In this document: positions 43,827 to 54,685 of the stretch, in pieces
Layout of the letters: each line of letters opens with the position of its first letter
Numbering within the stretch: the stretch's first letter is position 1
DNA from: an uncultured Candidatus Saccharibacteria bacterium
GTDB taxonomy: Bacteria; Patescibacteriota; Minisyncoccia; Phycocordibacterales; UBA918
DNA length: 57,148 nt
Assembly (NCBI GenBank): GCA_964618165.1
Contig: CAZTWW010000002.1
Coordinates: forward strand, 1 to 57,148
Reading direction: 5' to 3'
Made by a program: the position numbers and the translations under genes
The notes under the pieces: generated by a model
The model's input: only the letters and a program-made list of their open reading frames with translations
Told to the model about the DNA's origin: nothing
The model's database searches: none

Positions 43827-45059
43827 ATGTCACTCTTTAGACGAACAAACGGCGGCCGACGCATCGGTGCCGTAGTCGAGGTAGGCTCAGGCAGCGTGGT
43901 CACGGCGCTCGCAGTATCAGACCCACACGAAGCACACCCTGATATCGTCTGGGCACGGCGCGAGTTCGCGAACCTCAGTCACGATGTCGACGCTGAACAC
44001 AGCATCAAAAGTATGCTCGCCACCATCATGGATAGCGTCATGCTCCTTGAGAGTGAGGGTCGTCAAGCCCTCGAGACCAGCTACCCAGGTGCCAAGATCG
44101 ATACCTTCCAGGTTTCTATCTCTGCCCCGTGGGCGTACACGGTGAGCAAGGTCATCACCTACGAGCGAGAAGAAGCGTTTACCGTCACCAACGACCTCAT
44201 TGAGTCACTGATTAAGAAAGCAAACGAGCAAACGCTTGAAATCCTCCATCAAAACGAGTTCAACCAATCTGCCGGACTTAATATCATGACGAGAGCCACG
44301 ACCGATATCACCGCTAACGGCTACCAAACCTCAAATCCAATCGGACAAAAAGTGATTAGCCTCGCCCTCACTCAGGTCTCGGCTATCGGCCAAGGCCTTA
44401 TCACGGGCGCAGTTGAGGACCTGAGGCATAAACTCTTCCCACGAGCCACGCTCGAGCGTTACTCAGCGATGCTCGTCTTTTACAGCCTCATGCGAGAACT
44501 CTATCCGACCACGACGGAGTGCTGTCTCGTTGACCTCACGTACGAAGCCACCGAAATTGCGATTATTCGTGATGGTGTACTGCAATATTCGACCCATACC
44601 GCCATCGGTCTCAACACCCTGGCACGCAACCTTGCGATACGACTCGATAGACCACAAGCGGACGCCGACTCGCTCCTGAAGCGCATCTACAACGAAGATA
44701 GTCTCGATACCGTAAGTGATACCGAACGGACCGCGATTACGAACCTGCTCACCGAATACCAAAACGCCCTTGAAAGCCTCTTTCATGAAACCGGAGACAG
44801 TCTCTCAATTCCAAAGGTGATTTTCCTTCACAGTAGCTTCGTCCACGAGCGCTATTTTGATAATATTATTGCTGATGCAGCCAAGACTGCGACGAGCTCA
44901 TCACACACCGTACATACCCTCACACACGACCTCATGCTCGGTAAGTACCAAGGTGATAGCAAGATCAAGATTCTCCAAAAAAACCTCGATACCGCCACCC
45001 TTATGGCCTGCCAGTTTTTCCACAAACAGGGAAGTGACCAGGACTTTACCCAGATGTAA
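43827..45059 (+). CDS. Hypothetical; divergent actin-like ATPase (FtsA/PilM-like) suggested
   Basis: 'IGAVVEVGSGSVV' and 'LVDLTYEATEIAIIRDGVL...AIGLNTL' resemble the phosphate-1 and phosphate-2 motifs of the actin fold. Confidence 0.35.
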   Translation: MSLFRRTNGGRRIGAVVEVGSGSVVTALAVSDPHEAHPDIVWARREFANLSHDVDAEHSIKSMLATIMDSVMLLESEGRQALETSYPGAKIDTFQVSISAPWAYTVSKVITYEREEAFTVTNDLIESLIKKANEQTLEILHQNEFNQSAGLNIMTRATTDITANGYQTSNPIGQKVISLALTQVSAIGQGLITGAVEDLRHKLFPRATLERYSAMLVFYSLMRELYPTTTECCLVDLTYEATEIAIIRDGVLQYSTHTAIGLNTLARNLAIRLDRPQADADSLLKRIYNEDSLDTVSDTERTAITNLLTEYQNALESLFHETGDSLSIPKVIFLHSSFVHERYFDNIIADAAKTATSSSHTVHTLTHDLMLGKYQGDSKIKILQKNLDTATLMACQFFHKQGSDQDFTQM

Positions 45060-45083
45060 AGCGCTATACTGTAGAAACAGTAT

Positions 45084-46586
45084 ATGACACAAAAATGGAA
45101 TCTTCAGGACATTCGTCCAACCGAGCCACGACCGCAACGACGACCTTCGGTTCCACCTACTATTATTCGCAACGACGAAGAGGAGACACACCACGTCGCC
45201 GTCAATAACCACCAGCCATCTCGTCCCGCACCACGGAGTGACATGCGTGGTCCACGCAGTGATAAGCGCGGAGACATGCGGCCAGCAGGCGACACTGTTT
45301 CAATGCGCCGTCGTGAACCAGTTGACAATGAACCAACCGATGAGACTGATATTGGTCTTGCGACACCAGACTATTCAGATGATTCCCGGATTCCAATCTA
45401 CGACGGAAAGAAGCGCTCTCGGAAGCATATAGTTATTGCCGTTGGTATATTCCTCGCGATTACGAGTGTTGGTATCTTTATTAGTCACCTCACTGGCGGG
45501 GCGACCGTAACCGTAAAGCCAAAAGAGCGTACCCTCAATGTAAACGCTGAGTTTACTGCCTACAAAGAGCAGCGACCAGAAGAGCTCGCCTACGAGATTA
45601 TGACCCTTGAGGCCGTCAGTGAGCGTCAGGTGGAAGCCAGTGGTCAAGAGGAAGTTAAGGTTCAAGCGACTGGCGAGATTGAAATTACAAAAACCACCCC
45701 AGGCGCAGAGCGTCTCATCAAGAACACTCGCTTTGCCACGCTTGATGGACTCATTTTCCGTATCGAGGAATCAGTCGTCGTTCCTGGTGCTGTGACCGGC
45801 AGTGACGGCAAGAGTGTCCCTGGTACTATCCGCGCCAAAGTCTTCGCTGATGAAGCGGGAGACAAGTACAATGTGAAGCCAAACACCGAGTTCCGTATCC
45901 CTGGTTTCAAGGAAGGTGGGTATGATGATCTCTATAATGCTATCAGTGCCAAGAACGTCAGTGGTTTTGATAATGGCTTCTCTGGACCAAAGTTCATCAT
46001 TAATGACCAAGAACTCGCCACCGCGCGCCAAAGTCTCCAGGCTGAGCTCCGTGACACCCTCCTTGCACGTATCGACAAAGAAAAGCCTGCGAATATGACC
46101 ACTTTCCCGGGCTCAGTCGCTATTGTCTACAATCAGTTACCGCCAGTTCAGTATGGTGACACCCTCGTGACTATCCGTGAGCAGGCCATTCTCCAGATGC
46201 CTATCTTTAAATCAGCTGATTTTGCGAAGTTTATCGCGCAGGAGACCATTGTCGGCTATGACCGGGAAGGAGTGCGGATCGCTAACCTCTCCGACCTCAC
46301 CTTTGCGTACAGTAGCGCTACCACGAGCCAGTCTAATATCGCTGATATGGAGAGTCTTACCTTCAAGCTCACCGGAGAACCACAGATTGTCTGGACCTAC
46401 GATGAAGGAAAGCTCAAATTAGACCTCGCCGGTAAGCAAAAGACCGCCTTGGCTCAAATTATGACCTCATACAAGGGAATTGAGAAGAGTGAGGTCAAGA
46501 TTCGTCCAATTTGGAAGCGGTCAATGCCAGAAGACCACACTGATATCACCATTGTGGAGCAGCTCTCAACCACTGAATCTAACTAA
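45084..46586 (+). CDS. Hypothetical single-pass membrane protein (500 aa)
   Basis: Disordered basic N-terminus, one TM ('IVIAVGIFLAITSVGIFI'), large extracytoplasmic domain. Confidence 0.5.
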   Translation: MTQKWNLQDIRPTEPRPQRRPSVPPTIIRNDEEETHHVAVNNHQPSRPAPRSDMRGPRSDKRGDMRPAGDTVSMRRREPVDNEPTDETDIGLATPDYSDDSRIPIYDGKKRSRKHIVIAVGIFLAITSVGIFISHLTGGATVTVKPKERTLNVNAEFTAYKEQRPEELAYEIMTLEAVSERQVEASGQEEVKVQATGEIEITKTTPGAERLIKNTRFATLDGLIFRIEESVVVPGAVTGSDGKSVPGTIRAKVFADEAGDKYNVKPNTEFRIPGFKEGGYDDLYNAISAKNVSGFDNGFSGPKFIINDQELATARQSLQAELRDTLLARIDKEKPANMTTFPGSVAIVYNQLPPVQYGDTLVTIREQAILQMPIFKSADFAKFIAQETIVGYDREGVRIANLSDLTFAYSSATTSQSNIADMESLTFKLTGEPQIVWTYDEGKLKLDLAGKQKTALAQIMTSYKGIEKSEVKIRPIWKRSMPEDHTDITIVEQLSTTESN

Positions 46587-46591
46587 TTCTA

Positions 46592-46620
46592 TTGACGAAA
46601 TAGCCTTTACTTGTTACACT
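46592..46620 (+). promoter_or_regulatory. Promoter TTGACG-17-TACACT for the infA operon
   Basis: Read directly. The ATG lies 12 nt after the -10 element. Confidence 0.5.
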
Positions 46621-46632
46621 CAGCCCCGTCTA

Positions 46633-46860
46633 ATGGATCAGCAAGAAACAGACAATAAAGAGGACCTTGTGTTCGGAACCGTCGAAGAAGCGCTACCCAA
46701 TGCGCTTTTCCGTGTTATTCGTGACGACACAAATGAGACTCAAATTGCCTATCTCGCTGGTAAAATGCGACGATTCAGAATTAGAGTGCTTGTTGGCGAC
46801 CGGGTTGGTATGGTCATCGACCCGTACGGCGGCAAGGCTCGTATTAGTAAACGATTATAA
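46633..46860 (+). CDS. infA: Translation initiation factor IF-1
   Basis: '[14 protein letters not shown]...[20 protein letters not shown]' S1-like signature. Confidence 0.9.
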   Translation: MDQQETDNKEDLVFGTVEEALPNALFRVIRDDTNETQIAYLAGKMRRFRIRVLVGDRVGMVIDPYGGKARISKRL

Positions 46861-46873
46861 GTACCACAGTAAT

Positions 46874-46990
46874 ATGAAGGTTCGTTCATCAGTAAAGAAA
46901 ATGAGCCCAGACGACATCATTGTGAAGCGACGCGGTGTAGTCTACGTTATCAACAAGAAGAAGCCACGTCACAAGCAGCGACAAGGCTAA
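46874..46990 (+). CDS. rpmJ: 50S ribosomal protein L36
   Basis: '[38 protein letters not shown]', 38 aa. Confidence 0.9.
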   Translation: MKVRSSVKKMSPDDIIVKRRGVVYVINKKKPRHKQRQG

Positions 46991-47021
46991 GTACAAAATC
47001 CATTAACAAACCCCCACGTGT

Positions 47022-47399
47022 ATGCGTATTTCAGGTATAACAATTCCAGACGATAAGCAGCTGGCCTACGGACTTACAGCTGTTTATGGCATCGGACTCT
47101 CTCGTGCAAAGAAGATCCTTGCCTCGCACAATATCGATCCAATGACCAAACCGACCGATTTGTCGACCGACCAAGAAAACAAGATTCGTGAAAGTGTCGA
47201 ATCATTCACTATCGAAGGTGAATTGAAGCGAGAAATTTCTGCGAACATCAAGCGCCTCAAGGATATTTCATCTTACCGAGGTTCACGTCACGCCAAGCGC
47301 CTTCCAGCGCGTGGTCAGCGCACCAAGACCAATGCTCGCACCCTCAAGGGTGTCAAGAAGACTATGGGTAGTGGTCGCCGTAAGCTTGAGAAGACCTAA
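47022..47399 (+). CDS. rpsM: 30S ribosomal protein S13
   Basis: 'MRISGITIPDDKQLAYGLTAVYGIG', 'SYRGSRH'. Confidence 0.95.
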   Translation: MRISGITIPDDKQLAYGLTAVYGIGLSRAKKILASHNIDPMTKPTDLSTDQENKIRESVESFTIEGELKREISANIKRLKDISSYRGSRHAKRLPARGQRTKTNARTLKGVKKTMGSGRRKLEKT

Positions 47400-47433
47400 A
47401 AGCTCGCTTTAGTCATCTAACTAACTCATCTAT

Positions 47434-47865
47434 ATGGGAAAGAAACGAATCATGAAGAAGAGTGGCGGTTCTGATGTAGCGGGATCTTCTCGTGCACTCA
47501 ACCGTATTCCAAAGCGAAAGGTAGTAACCGGACGCCTCAACATTCTTGCAACCTTCAACAACACACTCCTTACACTTTGTGACGCAAAGGGTAATGCAGT
47601 CATGAGTGCATCAAGTGGTGCGCTTGGCTTTAAGGGTTCACGCAAGTCAACTCCATTTGCCGCCGCTAAAGTTGGTGAAATCATCGGCGAAAAGGCTCAG
47701 CAGATGGGCATGAAGGATGCAGAGGTTATTGTTCGCGGTGTAGGTGCTGGACGTGAGTCTGCACTCCGCGCCTTCTCTGGTAAGGGTATTACTGTTACCA
47801 AGATTGTCGACATGACCCCTGTGCCATTTAATGGTCCACGTCCGCCGAAGCCACGACGTATCTAA
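47434..47865 (+). CDS. rpsK: 30S ribosomal protein S11
   Basis: 'ATFNNTLLTLCD', 'GFKGSRKSTPFAA', 'DMTPVPFNGPRPPKPRR'. Confidence 0.95.
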   Translation: MGKKRIMKKSGGSDVAGSSRALNRIPKRKVVTGRLNILATFNNTLLTLCDAKGNAVMSASSGALGFKGSRKSTPFAAAKVGEIIGEKAQQMGMKDAEVIVRGVGAGRESALRAFSGKGITVTKIVDMTPVPFNGPRPPKPRRI

Positions 47866-47880
47866 TCTTTACTTTGTCCT

Positions 47881-48489
47881 ATGAAAATCGGTCCAAAATT
47901 TAAGATTGCGAAGCGTCTCGGTGCTCCAATCTTTGAAAAAACCCAAAGTGCAAAGTTTGCACTGTCTGAACAGCGTCCTGGTCGTACCCGCAAGCGCGGA
48001 GGTGGTCAGGCCAGTGACTTCAAGAAGCAGCTCATCGAAAAGCAGAAGATGCGCTTTATCTATGGCATCACTGAAAAGCAGCTCTCACGCTACGTGAATG
48101 AAGCCATGGAGAGTGGACACCAGCCACTTGCAAAGCTTATCGAGCGTCTCGAGAGTCGTCTTGATAACGTCGTGTACCGACTTGGTCTTGCTAAGACCCG
48201 TCGTTTCGCCCGACAGATGGTGGCCCATGGTCACATCGTCGTTAACGGCCGTCGTTTGAGTATTCCATCACACAAGGTTTCAATTGGTGATGTCATTACC
48301 GTACGAGAGGGAAGTAAGACGAGCCCGATGTTTACGAGTCTTGCAGAGGCAGAGACAACCGCAACTGTTCCTGGATGGCTTACCTTCGACGCTAAGACCC
48401 TTAAGGGCACCGTCGCTGGTGTCGCCAGTTACAATGCTGGTGAGTTTATGTTCGATGCAGAACAAGTTCTCGAGTACTACAGTCGCTAG
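47881..48489 (+). CDS. rpsD: 30S ribosomal protein S4
   Basis: 'LESRLDNVVYRLGLAKTRRFARQMVAHGHIVVNG' (S4 domain). Confidence 0.95.
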   Translation: MKIGPKFKIAKRLGAPIFEKTQSAKFALSEQRPGRTRKRGGGQASDFKKQLIEKQKMRFIYGITEKQLSRYVNEAMESGHQPLAKLIERLESRLDNVVYRLGLAKTRRFARQMVAHGHIVVNGRRLSIPSHKVSIGDVITVREGSKTSPMFTSLAEAETTATVPGWLTFDAKTLKGTVAGVASYNAGEFMFDAEQVLEYYSR

Positions 48490-48529
48490 CGGTCACACTC
48501 GTGTTTAGTAAGTTGTAATCATACACACT

Positions 48530-49486
48530 ATGTTGGAAACAAATGTAACCCTCCCATCAAAGCCACGAGTTGTATCTGAAGCAGAGTTTCAGGGCGTATA
48601 CGAGATCGACGGTCTCTTCCCAGGCTACGGTCACACCCTTGGTAACTCTCTTCGCCGCATTATTCTCGCCTCACTTCCTGGTGCTACTGTCACTCAGGTC
48701 AAGATTGAAGGCGTCCCACACGAATTTGCGACTATCGACGGTGTCAAAGAAGATGTTATTACCATTCTCCTTAACTTGAAGCGCGTCCGCTTTAAGCTCC
48801 ATGGCGATGAGCCAATGAAGGTCACCCTTAAGAAGTCAGGTACCGGTGTTGTTACCGCTGGCGATATCAAGCTTCCAACTCAGGTTGAAGTCTTGAATCC
48901 AGAGCAAGTTATCGCTGAGATTACCGCCAAGGGTACCGAGCTTGAAATGGAAATCACTATTGAACACGGCCTCGGCTACGTTCCGCGTGAAGTCCACCAA
49001 AAGGAAAAGGTTGAGATTGGTACTATCGCCCTTGATGCGGTCTTTACTCCAATTCGTCGTGCGAACTACGAAGTAGAGAATATGCGTGTTGGTGACCGTA
49101 CCGACTACAACCGTCTCCGTCTCTTCATCGAGACTGATGGCACCATCTCACCGCGCGAAGCTCTCGAGCGTTCAATTGAGATTATGATCCACCAGCTCAA
49201 GGCTATCATCGGCTTCCAAGAGCAATCACACAGTACTCCTGAGATTGCGGTAGCTGCAAAGCCGGTCGCTGCCGAACCAGACACTGAGGTTTTGAAGACT
49301 CGTATCGAGACTCTTGAACTCTCAAGTCGCACCCTACAAGCCCTCGAAACAGCCAGTATTCGTACGGTTGGTGGACTTGTCCGAAAGTCAAAAGATGATA
49401 TTCTAGCGCTCGACGGTATTGGACCGAAGGGAGTAGAGGAAATCGTTGACCTCCTCGGTACCATGGGCCTCTCACTAGCTGAATAA
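48530..49486 (+). CDS. rpoA: DNA-directed RNA polymerase alpha subunit
   Basis: 'GHTLGNSLRRILLASLPGA'-type motif. C-terminal 'LELSSRTLQALETASIRTVGGL' (alpha-CTD). Confidence 0.95.
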   Translation: MLETNVTLPSKPRVVSEAEFQGVYEIDGLFPGYGHTLGNSLRRIILASLPGATVTQVKIEGVPHEFATIDGVKEDVITILLNLKRVRFKLHGDEPMKVTLKKSGTGVVTAGDIKLPTQVEVLNPEQVIAEITAKGTELEMEITIEHGLGYVPREVHQKEKVEIGTIALDAVFTPIRRANYEVENMRVGDRTDYNRLRLFIETDGTISPREALERSIEIMIHQLKAIIGFQEQSHSTPEIAVAAKPVAAEPDTEVLKTRIETLELSSRTLQALETASIRTVGGLVRKSKDDILALDGIGPKGVEEIVDLLGTMGLSLAE

Positions 49487-49496
49487 CACTATTAGT

Positions 49497-49853
49497 ATGC
49501 AACACGGAAATAAAAATCGAACTTTCGGTCGTCCGCGCAATCAGCGCACTGCGCTTATGCGTGGTCTTGCAGTGTCACTCATTCGTGACGGCAAGATTAA
49601 GACGACTGAGGCAAAAGCCAAAGAACTTCGCCCATTCATTGAGCGTCTCGTCACTCACGGAAAGGCCAACACCGTAGCCGCACGTCGCATTGTTGCGAGT
49701 CGTCTTGGTGAACCAAGTGCCACCATCATTAAGAAGGTATTTGAAGAAATCGCACCAAAGTTTGCTACTCGTGCTGGAGGGTACACACGAGTTATCAAGG
49801 TAGGTCGTACTTCAGCTGGTCGTGATGAGGCAGTAATCGAGTTTGTTGAATAA
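49497..49853 (+). CDS. rplQ: 50S ribosomal protein L17
   Basis: 'RNQRTALMRGLAVSLIRDGKIKTT', 'GGYTRVIK'. Confidence 0.95.
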   Translation: MQHGNKNRTFGRPRNQRTALMRGLAVSLIRDGKIKTTEAKAKELRPFIERLVTHGKANTVAARRIVASRLGEPSATIIKKVFEEIAPKFATRAGGYTRVIKVGRTSAGRDEAVIEFVE

Positions 49854-49857
49854 CATT

Positions 49858-50220
49858 ATGACTACTACTACCACACAACGCACACACACTATCGACGCTG
49901 CTGGAAAGCGCCTCGGAGTAGTGGCAACAGAGGCAGCCAAAGTGCTCCTCGGCAAGGACCAGGCAGATTACGCCCGTCACTTGACTGCACCAGTTACGGT
50001 AACTATCACCAACGCTTCTAAGCTTGATATTACTGAAAAGAAGAAGACCGAAATTTATCAGACATTCTCTGGCTACCCAGGCGGACGTCGCGTTGAGACG
50101 CTTGACCACCTCGGCAAGCGACGCGGTTACGCAGAAGTACTCCGTCGCACCATTGGCGGCATGCTTCCGAACAACAAGCTCAAGAAGCCTATGCTTAAGA
50201 ACTTGGTAATCACTGAATAA
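49858..50220 (+). CDS. rplM: 50S ribosomal protein L13
   Basis: 'GKRLGVVATEAAKVLLGK', 'SGYPGG', 'MLPNNKL'. The ATG at 49858 lies 4 nt after the rplQ stop. Confidence 0.9.
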   Translation: MTTTTTQRTHTIDAAGKRLGVVATEAAKVLLGKDQADYARHLTAPVTVTITNASKLDITEKKKTEIYQTFSGYPGGRRVETLDHLGKRRGYAEVLRRTIGGMLPNNKLKKPMLKNLVITE

Positions 50221-50222
50221 TT

Positions 50223-50633
50223 ATGGTAACTACTACTAAGGATCGTTACGTTGAAGCAATTGGCCGTCGTAAGACTGCGACTGCTCGCGTCCGTTTGACC
50301 CCCGCCAAGGAGACCACCATCAGCGTAAACAATCGCGAGATGGCAGAGTACTTCAAGCACGCTGGTCACCAGCAGAGTGTCTCATCAGTACTCGCTACTC
50401 CTGACGCTGGTATTGAGCACTACCACATTACTGCGAAGGTACTCGGTGGTGGTATCACCGCTCAGGCTGAGGCTATTCGTCTCGGTATCGCCCGTGCTCT
50501 TGTAAAGGAAAAGGCTCCACGCCGCACTACTCTCAAGAAGGCAGGCTTCCTCAAGCGTGATGCTCGCTCAGTTGAGCGAAAGAAGTTTGGACTTCGCAAA
50601 GCTCGCAAGCGACCAGCCTGGAGTAAGCGTTAA
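50223..50633 (+). CDS. rpsI: 30S ribosomal protein S9
   Basis: 'GRRKTATARVRL', 'GGGITAQAEAIRLGIARAL', 'RKARKRPAWSKR'. Confidence 0.95.
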   Translation: MVTTTKDRYVEAIGRRKTATARVRLTPAKETTISVNNREMAEYFKHAGHQQSVSSVLATPDAGIEHYHITAKVLGGGITAQAEAIRLGIARALVKEKAPRRTTLKKAGFLKRDARSVERKKFGLRKARKRPAWSKR

Positions 50634-50662
50634 AAATTTACGCATAGCTTTGTTAGGCTACG

Positions 50663-50706
50663 AAAAAAGACCCTCACTGGACATTAGTCCCGCTCGGGTC
50701 TTTTTT
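50663..50706 (+). terminator. Terminator after rpsI
   Basis: Outer stem gaccc/gggtc, inner stem ggac/gtcc, then TTTTTT. Confidence 0.6.
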
Positions 50707-50982
50707 CTTGCCCGCCTCGCTCTGCATTCAATTTATAACGCTTCCTTTTACGAACTATTTTTACTAGAAAGCAAACGTACCTCGCGGAATATACAATCCA
50801 TTCGATACATTTCCACCAAAGCATCTCGCCAAATATCCCAAACCTTCCGTTTTGATTGCAACCCGCATCCTATACAAGCGAAAAATATTAGCCCTATCTG
50901 GGGCTTTTATTTATTATTTTGTACATAGCAATAAAAGATAATAGATGATAATCAAGATAGTTCTAGATCAAACGCAGTGATT

Positions 50983-51011
50983 TTGACACGACCTATTTTT
51001 CAATTTATAAT
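50983..51011 (+). promoter_or_regulatory. Consensus promoter TTGACA-17-TATAAT for grpE-dnaK-dnaJ
   Basis: Read directly. The grpE ATG lies 8 nt after the -10 element, with no SD. Confidence 0.65.
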
Positions 51012-51019
51012 AGGGACGT

Positions 51020-51625
51020 ATGGTGAACAATAACAACAACGATACTACCAAGGAAGACGAGAACGAGATCACCTACGATACTGCCGAACCGACTGAGACT
51101 GACTTGGTAGATGATGAAGCACAAGCTACTGATAAGATTAAACAATTACGAACGAAGTTAACCGAAGCTCAAGACAAAAGTCGCGAGCTTCACGAAGAAT
51201 TGCAACGAGTGAAGGCAGACTATCTCAATGCTCGACGCCACCTCGAAGAAGACATGGTACGCACGAGACAGCGAGACACCGAACGTCACGCCGAGAAGCT
51301 CCTCCCACTCGCAGACAGCTTTTATCTCGCTATGCTTGATAAAGCCGCCTGGGAGCAATCTGATGAACGCTGGCGCAAAGGAGTTGAAGGTATCCACCAG
51401 CAGCTCCTTGGTGTCCTCCGCAGTTACGGTATTGAGTCATATGACCCAACTGGCGAGACCTTTGACCCAATCCGTCACGAAGCGATGGGAACTGTCCCCG
51501 TCACTGAAGCAGAGAAGCACGATGTTGTATTGACCGTGATGCAGCTCGGCTACACGATGACGCAAAATGGCACCACCACTGTCTTACGCCCCGCGCGCGT
51601 AAGTGTTGGCACCCACACTGAATAG
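51020..51625 (+). CDS. grpE: Nucleotide exchange factor GrpE
   Basis: Coiled-coil N-terminus, 'FDPIRHEAMG', 'GYTMTQNGTTTVLRPARV'. Confidence 0.9.
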   Translation: MVNNNNNDTTKEDENEITYDTAEPTETDLVDDEAQATDKIKQLRTKLTEAQDKSRELHEELQRVKADYLNARRHLEEDMVRTRQRDTERHAEKLLPLADSFYLAMLDKAAWEQSDERWRKGVEGIHQQLLGVLRSYGIESYDPTGETFDPIRHEAMGTVPVTEAEKHDVVLTVMQLGYTMTQNGTTTVLRPARVSVGTHTE

Positions 51626-51658
51626 GTTCATTACTTAGTACATAACTTTTATACCTCT

Positions 51659-53536
51659 ATGGCAAAGATTCTTGGAATTGATCTTGGTACCACCAACTCG
51701 GCGATGGCTATCATCGAAGCTGGTGAGCCAAAGATTATTGAAAACACTGAAGGCGTACGCACGACCCCATCTGTCGTCGCTATTTCAAAAACTGGTGAAC
51801 GACTCGTTGGCCAGATTGCCAAGCGACAAGCAGTCACCAACCCAAAAAATACCATCTACGGTATTAAGCGCTTCATGGGGCACAACTACGCCGAAGACGT
51901 CGTCCAAAAGGACAAGGCGATTGTGCCGTATGACGTGAAGGCTGGCGCTGATGGTGGCGCAGTTGTCACCATGGGTGACAAGGACTACCGTCCTGAGGAA
52001 GTCTCAGCGATGATTCTCGCGAAGCTCAAGGCCGACGCTGAGGCCAAGACCGGTGAGAAGATTACCGAAGCGGTTATCACCGTACCAGCCTACTTTAATG
52101 ACTCACAGCGCAAGGCAACCCAGGACGCCGGTAAGATTGCCGGTCTTGAGGTGCGTCGTATCATCAATGAGCCGACTGCGGCCGCGCTCGCGTACGGCTT
52201 TAACAAGAAGAAGGATGAGAAGATTGTCGTCTACGACTTCGGAGGCGGTACCTTTGACGTGACCGTACTTGAGGTAGGGGATGATGTGGTTGAAGTACAG
52301 GCAACTGATGGCGACGCCCACATGGGTGGCCGTGATATCGACTACCGCCTCGTCCAGTACCTCATTGATGAGTTTAAGAAGGCTGAGGGTATCGACCTTT
52401 CAAAGGACCCGCTTGCGCTTGGTCTCCTTGATGATGCAGCCGAGAAGGCCAAGAAGGAGCTCTCAACCGTCGGGCAGTCGGACATCAATATTCCGTTTAT
52501 CGCGAACAACAATGGTACGCCAGTCCACATGATGATGACCATTACTCGCGCCAAGCTCGAAGAGCTTGCCCACGAGTACATCGACCGCTCAATCGAGATC
52601 ACGAAGCGTGCGCTTGAAGCCTCAGGTCTCAAGAAGGAGGAGATCAACGAGATCATCCTCGTCGGTGGACAGACCCGTATGCCAGCGATTGTGGACGCGG
52701 TCCGCAACCTCTTCGGCAAAGAGCCAAACAAGAGTGTGAACCCAGACGAAGTAGTCGCCCTTGGTGCCGCCATTCAGGCTGGTATCTTCCAGGGTGATGT
52801 ACATGACATCACGCTCGTCGACGTTATTCCACTCTCACTCTCTATCGAGACCATGGGGGGTGTCGCGACAAAGCTCATCGAGAAGAACACCCACATCCCA
52901 ACCAAGAAGTCTCAAGTCTTCTCAACGGCTGCTGATAACCAGACCTCAACCGAGATCCATATCACCCAAGGTGAGCGTCCGATGGCGACCGATAACAAGT
53001 CACTTGGACGCTTCGTGCTTGATGGTATTCCACCAGCGCCACGCGGTATCCCACAGATTGAGGTAACCTTTGATGTCGACAGTAACGGTGTACTTAATGT
53101 GACCGCGAAGGATAAGGCGACTGGTAAAGAGCAGTCTATCAAGATTGAAGCGAGCTCTGGTCTCTCAGACGCTGATATCGAGCGCATGAAGAAGGATGCG
53201 GAAGAGCATGCGAGTGAGGACGCCAAGAAAAAGGAACTCATCGACACTCGCAATATGGCTGAGCAACTTGTATACACTGCCGAGAAGTCACTCAAAGACT
53301 ATGGCGATAAGGTATCAGCTGATATTAAGTCTGATATCGAAGCCAAGATTAAGCTCGTAAATGAAGCCAAGGCTGGTGAAAACATCGAAACTATCAAGTC
53401 TGCGCAAGACGCGCTCAGTACTGCTCTCCAGAAGATTGGTGAGGTGATGAACCAGAATACCGAGAATACATCACAAGGCACTTCAGATACTGATGGACCA
53501 GTGCGAGACGCAGACGTCAAAGACGAACAGAAGTAA
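51659..53536 (+). CDS. dnaK: Molecular chaperone DnaK (Hsp70)
   Basis: 'GIDLGTTNS', 'DFGGGTFDV', 'VGGQTRMP'. Confidence 0.98.
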   Translation: MAKILGIDLGTTNSAMAIIEAGEPKIIENTEGVRTTPSVVAISKTGERLVGQIAKRQAVTNPKNTIYGIKRFMGHNYAEDVVQKDKAIVPYDVKAGADGGAVVTMGDKDYRPEEVSAMILAKLKADAEAKTGEKITEAVITVPAYFNDSQRKATQDAGKIAGLEVRRIINEPTAAALAYGFNKKKDEKIVVYDFGGGTFDVTVLEVGDDVVEVQATDGDAHMGGRDIDYRLVQYLIDEFKKAEGIDLSKDPLALGLLDDAAEKAKKELSTVGQSDINIPFIANNNGTPVHMMMTITRAKLEELAHEYIDRSIEITKRALEASGLKKEEINEIILVGGQTRMPAIVDAVRNLFGKEPNKSVNPDEVVALGAAIQAGIFQGDVHDITLVDVIPLSLSIETMGGVATKLIEKNTHIPTKKSQVFSTAADNQTSTEIHITQGERPMATDNKSLGRFVLDGIPPAPRGIPQIEVTFDVDSNGVLNVTAKDKATGKEQSIKIEASSGLSDADIERMKKDAEEHASEDAKKKELIDTRNMAEQLVYTAEKSLKDYGDKVSADIKSDIEAKIKLVNEAKAGENIETIKSAQDALSTALQKIGEVMNQNTENTSQGTSDTDGPVRDADVKDEQK

Positions 53537-53542
53537 TCACCA

Positions 53543-53570
53543 CAATACCTCGCACGCTCGCGAGGTATTG
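53543..53570 (+). terminator. Hairpin (11-bp stem) between dnaK and dnaJ
   Basis: caatacctcgc-acgctc-gcgaggtattg. It directly abuts TATACT at 53571-53576. Confidence 0.5.
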
Positions 53571-53587
53571 TATACTCCTCATTACCT

Positions 53588-54655
53588 ATGAAAGACTATT
53601 ACGAAATTCTTGGACTACAAAAGGGTGCTTCACGCGACGACGTGAAGAAGGCATTTCGTAAACTCGCTGCTCAGTATCACCCGGATAAGCAGACGGGCGA
53701 TGAAGCCAAATACAAAGAAATCACCGAAGCCTACGCCGTCCTCGGCGACGAAAAGAAGAAAGCTGAGTACGACACCTACGGTCACGCCTTCCAAGGTGGA
53801 GGCGGGGGACACGGTGGCTTTGGTGGTTTTAACTGGGGCGACTTCCAACAAGGCTTCGGCGGGCAAGGTGGAAGCTTTGAGTTTGATATCAGTGATATAT
53901 TTGAGAGCTTTGGCTTTGGTGGCGGACAAAAGCGCCAGCGGGGTCGTGATGTCTCAATTGATATTAACTTGAGCTTTGGTGAGTCCGTCTTCGGCACAAC
54001 CAGGAGTGTCCTCCTCACGAAGAACAATCTCTGCACTCACTGTGGTGGCAATGGCGCCAAGAAGGGAACCGAGCAGACCACCTGCACCACCTGTAACGGC
54101 AACGGTAAAATCCGCGAGACGCGCCAGAGTATCATGGGCACCTTCCAGACCGTTCGTGAGTGTAGTACCTGTCACGGGACCGGCAAGATTCCAAAGGAGC
54201 GCTGTGGGCATTGTGCTGGCGCCGGCATCATGCGAGCGGAGGAGGAGATAAGTATCAAGGTCCCCTCTGGTATCCAGAACGGTGAAGTGATTCGCATGAC
54301 TGGTCGCGGCGAGGCGATGCCACGTGGTGAAGCCGGCGATCTCTACATCAAGGTCCACGTCGAAGCGCATCCGAGCATCAAGCGTGATGGCAGCACCCTC
54401 TACACCAAGCTGTCGGTCAAGCTCTCAGACGCACTCCTCGGTGAGTCGTACCAGATTGAGACCCTCGATGGTGTGGTCACCCTCGCCGTGCCAGCTGGTA
54501 TCACCCATGGTGAGCTCCTCCGCATAAAAGGGAAGGGGGTACCAACCAATGGTGCTCGCGGTGACTTTATGGTTAAGGTTGAAATCGCCTTACCGAAGTC
54601 TCTCTCAAAGAATGCCCGCAAGCTCATCGAGGAACTCAAAAAAGAGGGGATATAG
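53588..54655 (+). CDS. dnaJ: Molecular chaperone DnaJ
   Basis: J-domain 'YHPDK', a G/F region, and four CxxCxGxG repeats ([32 protein letters not shown]). Confidence 0.95.
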   Translation: MKDYYEILGLQKGASRDDVKKAFRKLAAQYHPDKQTGDEAKYKEITEAYAVLGDEKKKAEYDTYGHAFQGGGGGHGGFGGFNWGDFQQGFGGQGGSFEFDISDIFESFGFGGGQKRQRGRDVSIDINLSFGESVFGTTRSVLLTKNNLCTHCGGNGAKKGTEQTTCTTCNGNGKIRETRQSIMGTFQTVRECSTCHGTGKIPKERCGHCAGAGIMRAEEEISIKVPSGIQNGEVIRMTGRGEAMPRGEAGDLYIKVHVEAHPSIKRDGSTLYTKLSVKLSDALLGESYQIETLDGVVTLAVPAGITHGELLRIKGKGVPTNGARGDFMVKVEIALPKSLSKNARKLIEELKKEGI

Positions 54656-54685
54656 TCACGAGTGGCAGGAGAAGCGTCATATAAT

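Noticed and set aside
50557-50928. A 123-aa ORF spanning the rpsI 3' end and the following intergenic region.
   Set aside because: It reads through the rpsI terminator. It has no start context and low-complexity content.
50707-51019. A search for a CIRCE (HrcA) operator upstream of grpE-dnaK-dnaJ.
   Set aside because: No TTAGCACTC-N9-GAGTGCTAA-like inverted repeat is present. Only a consensus TTGACA-17-TATAAT promoter is seen.
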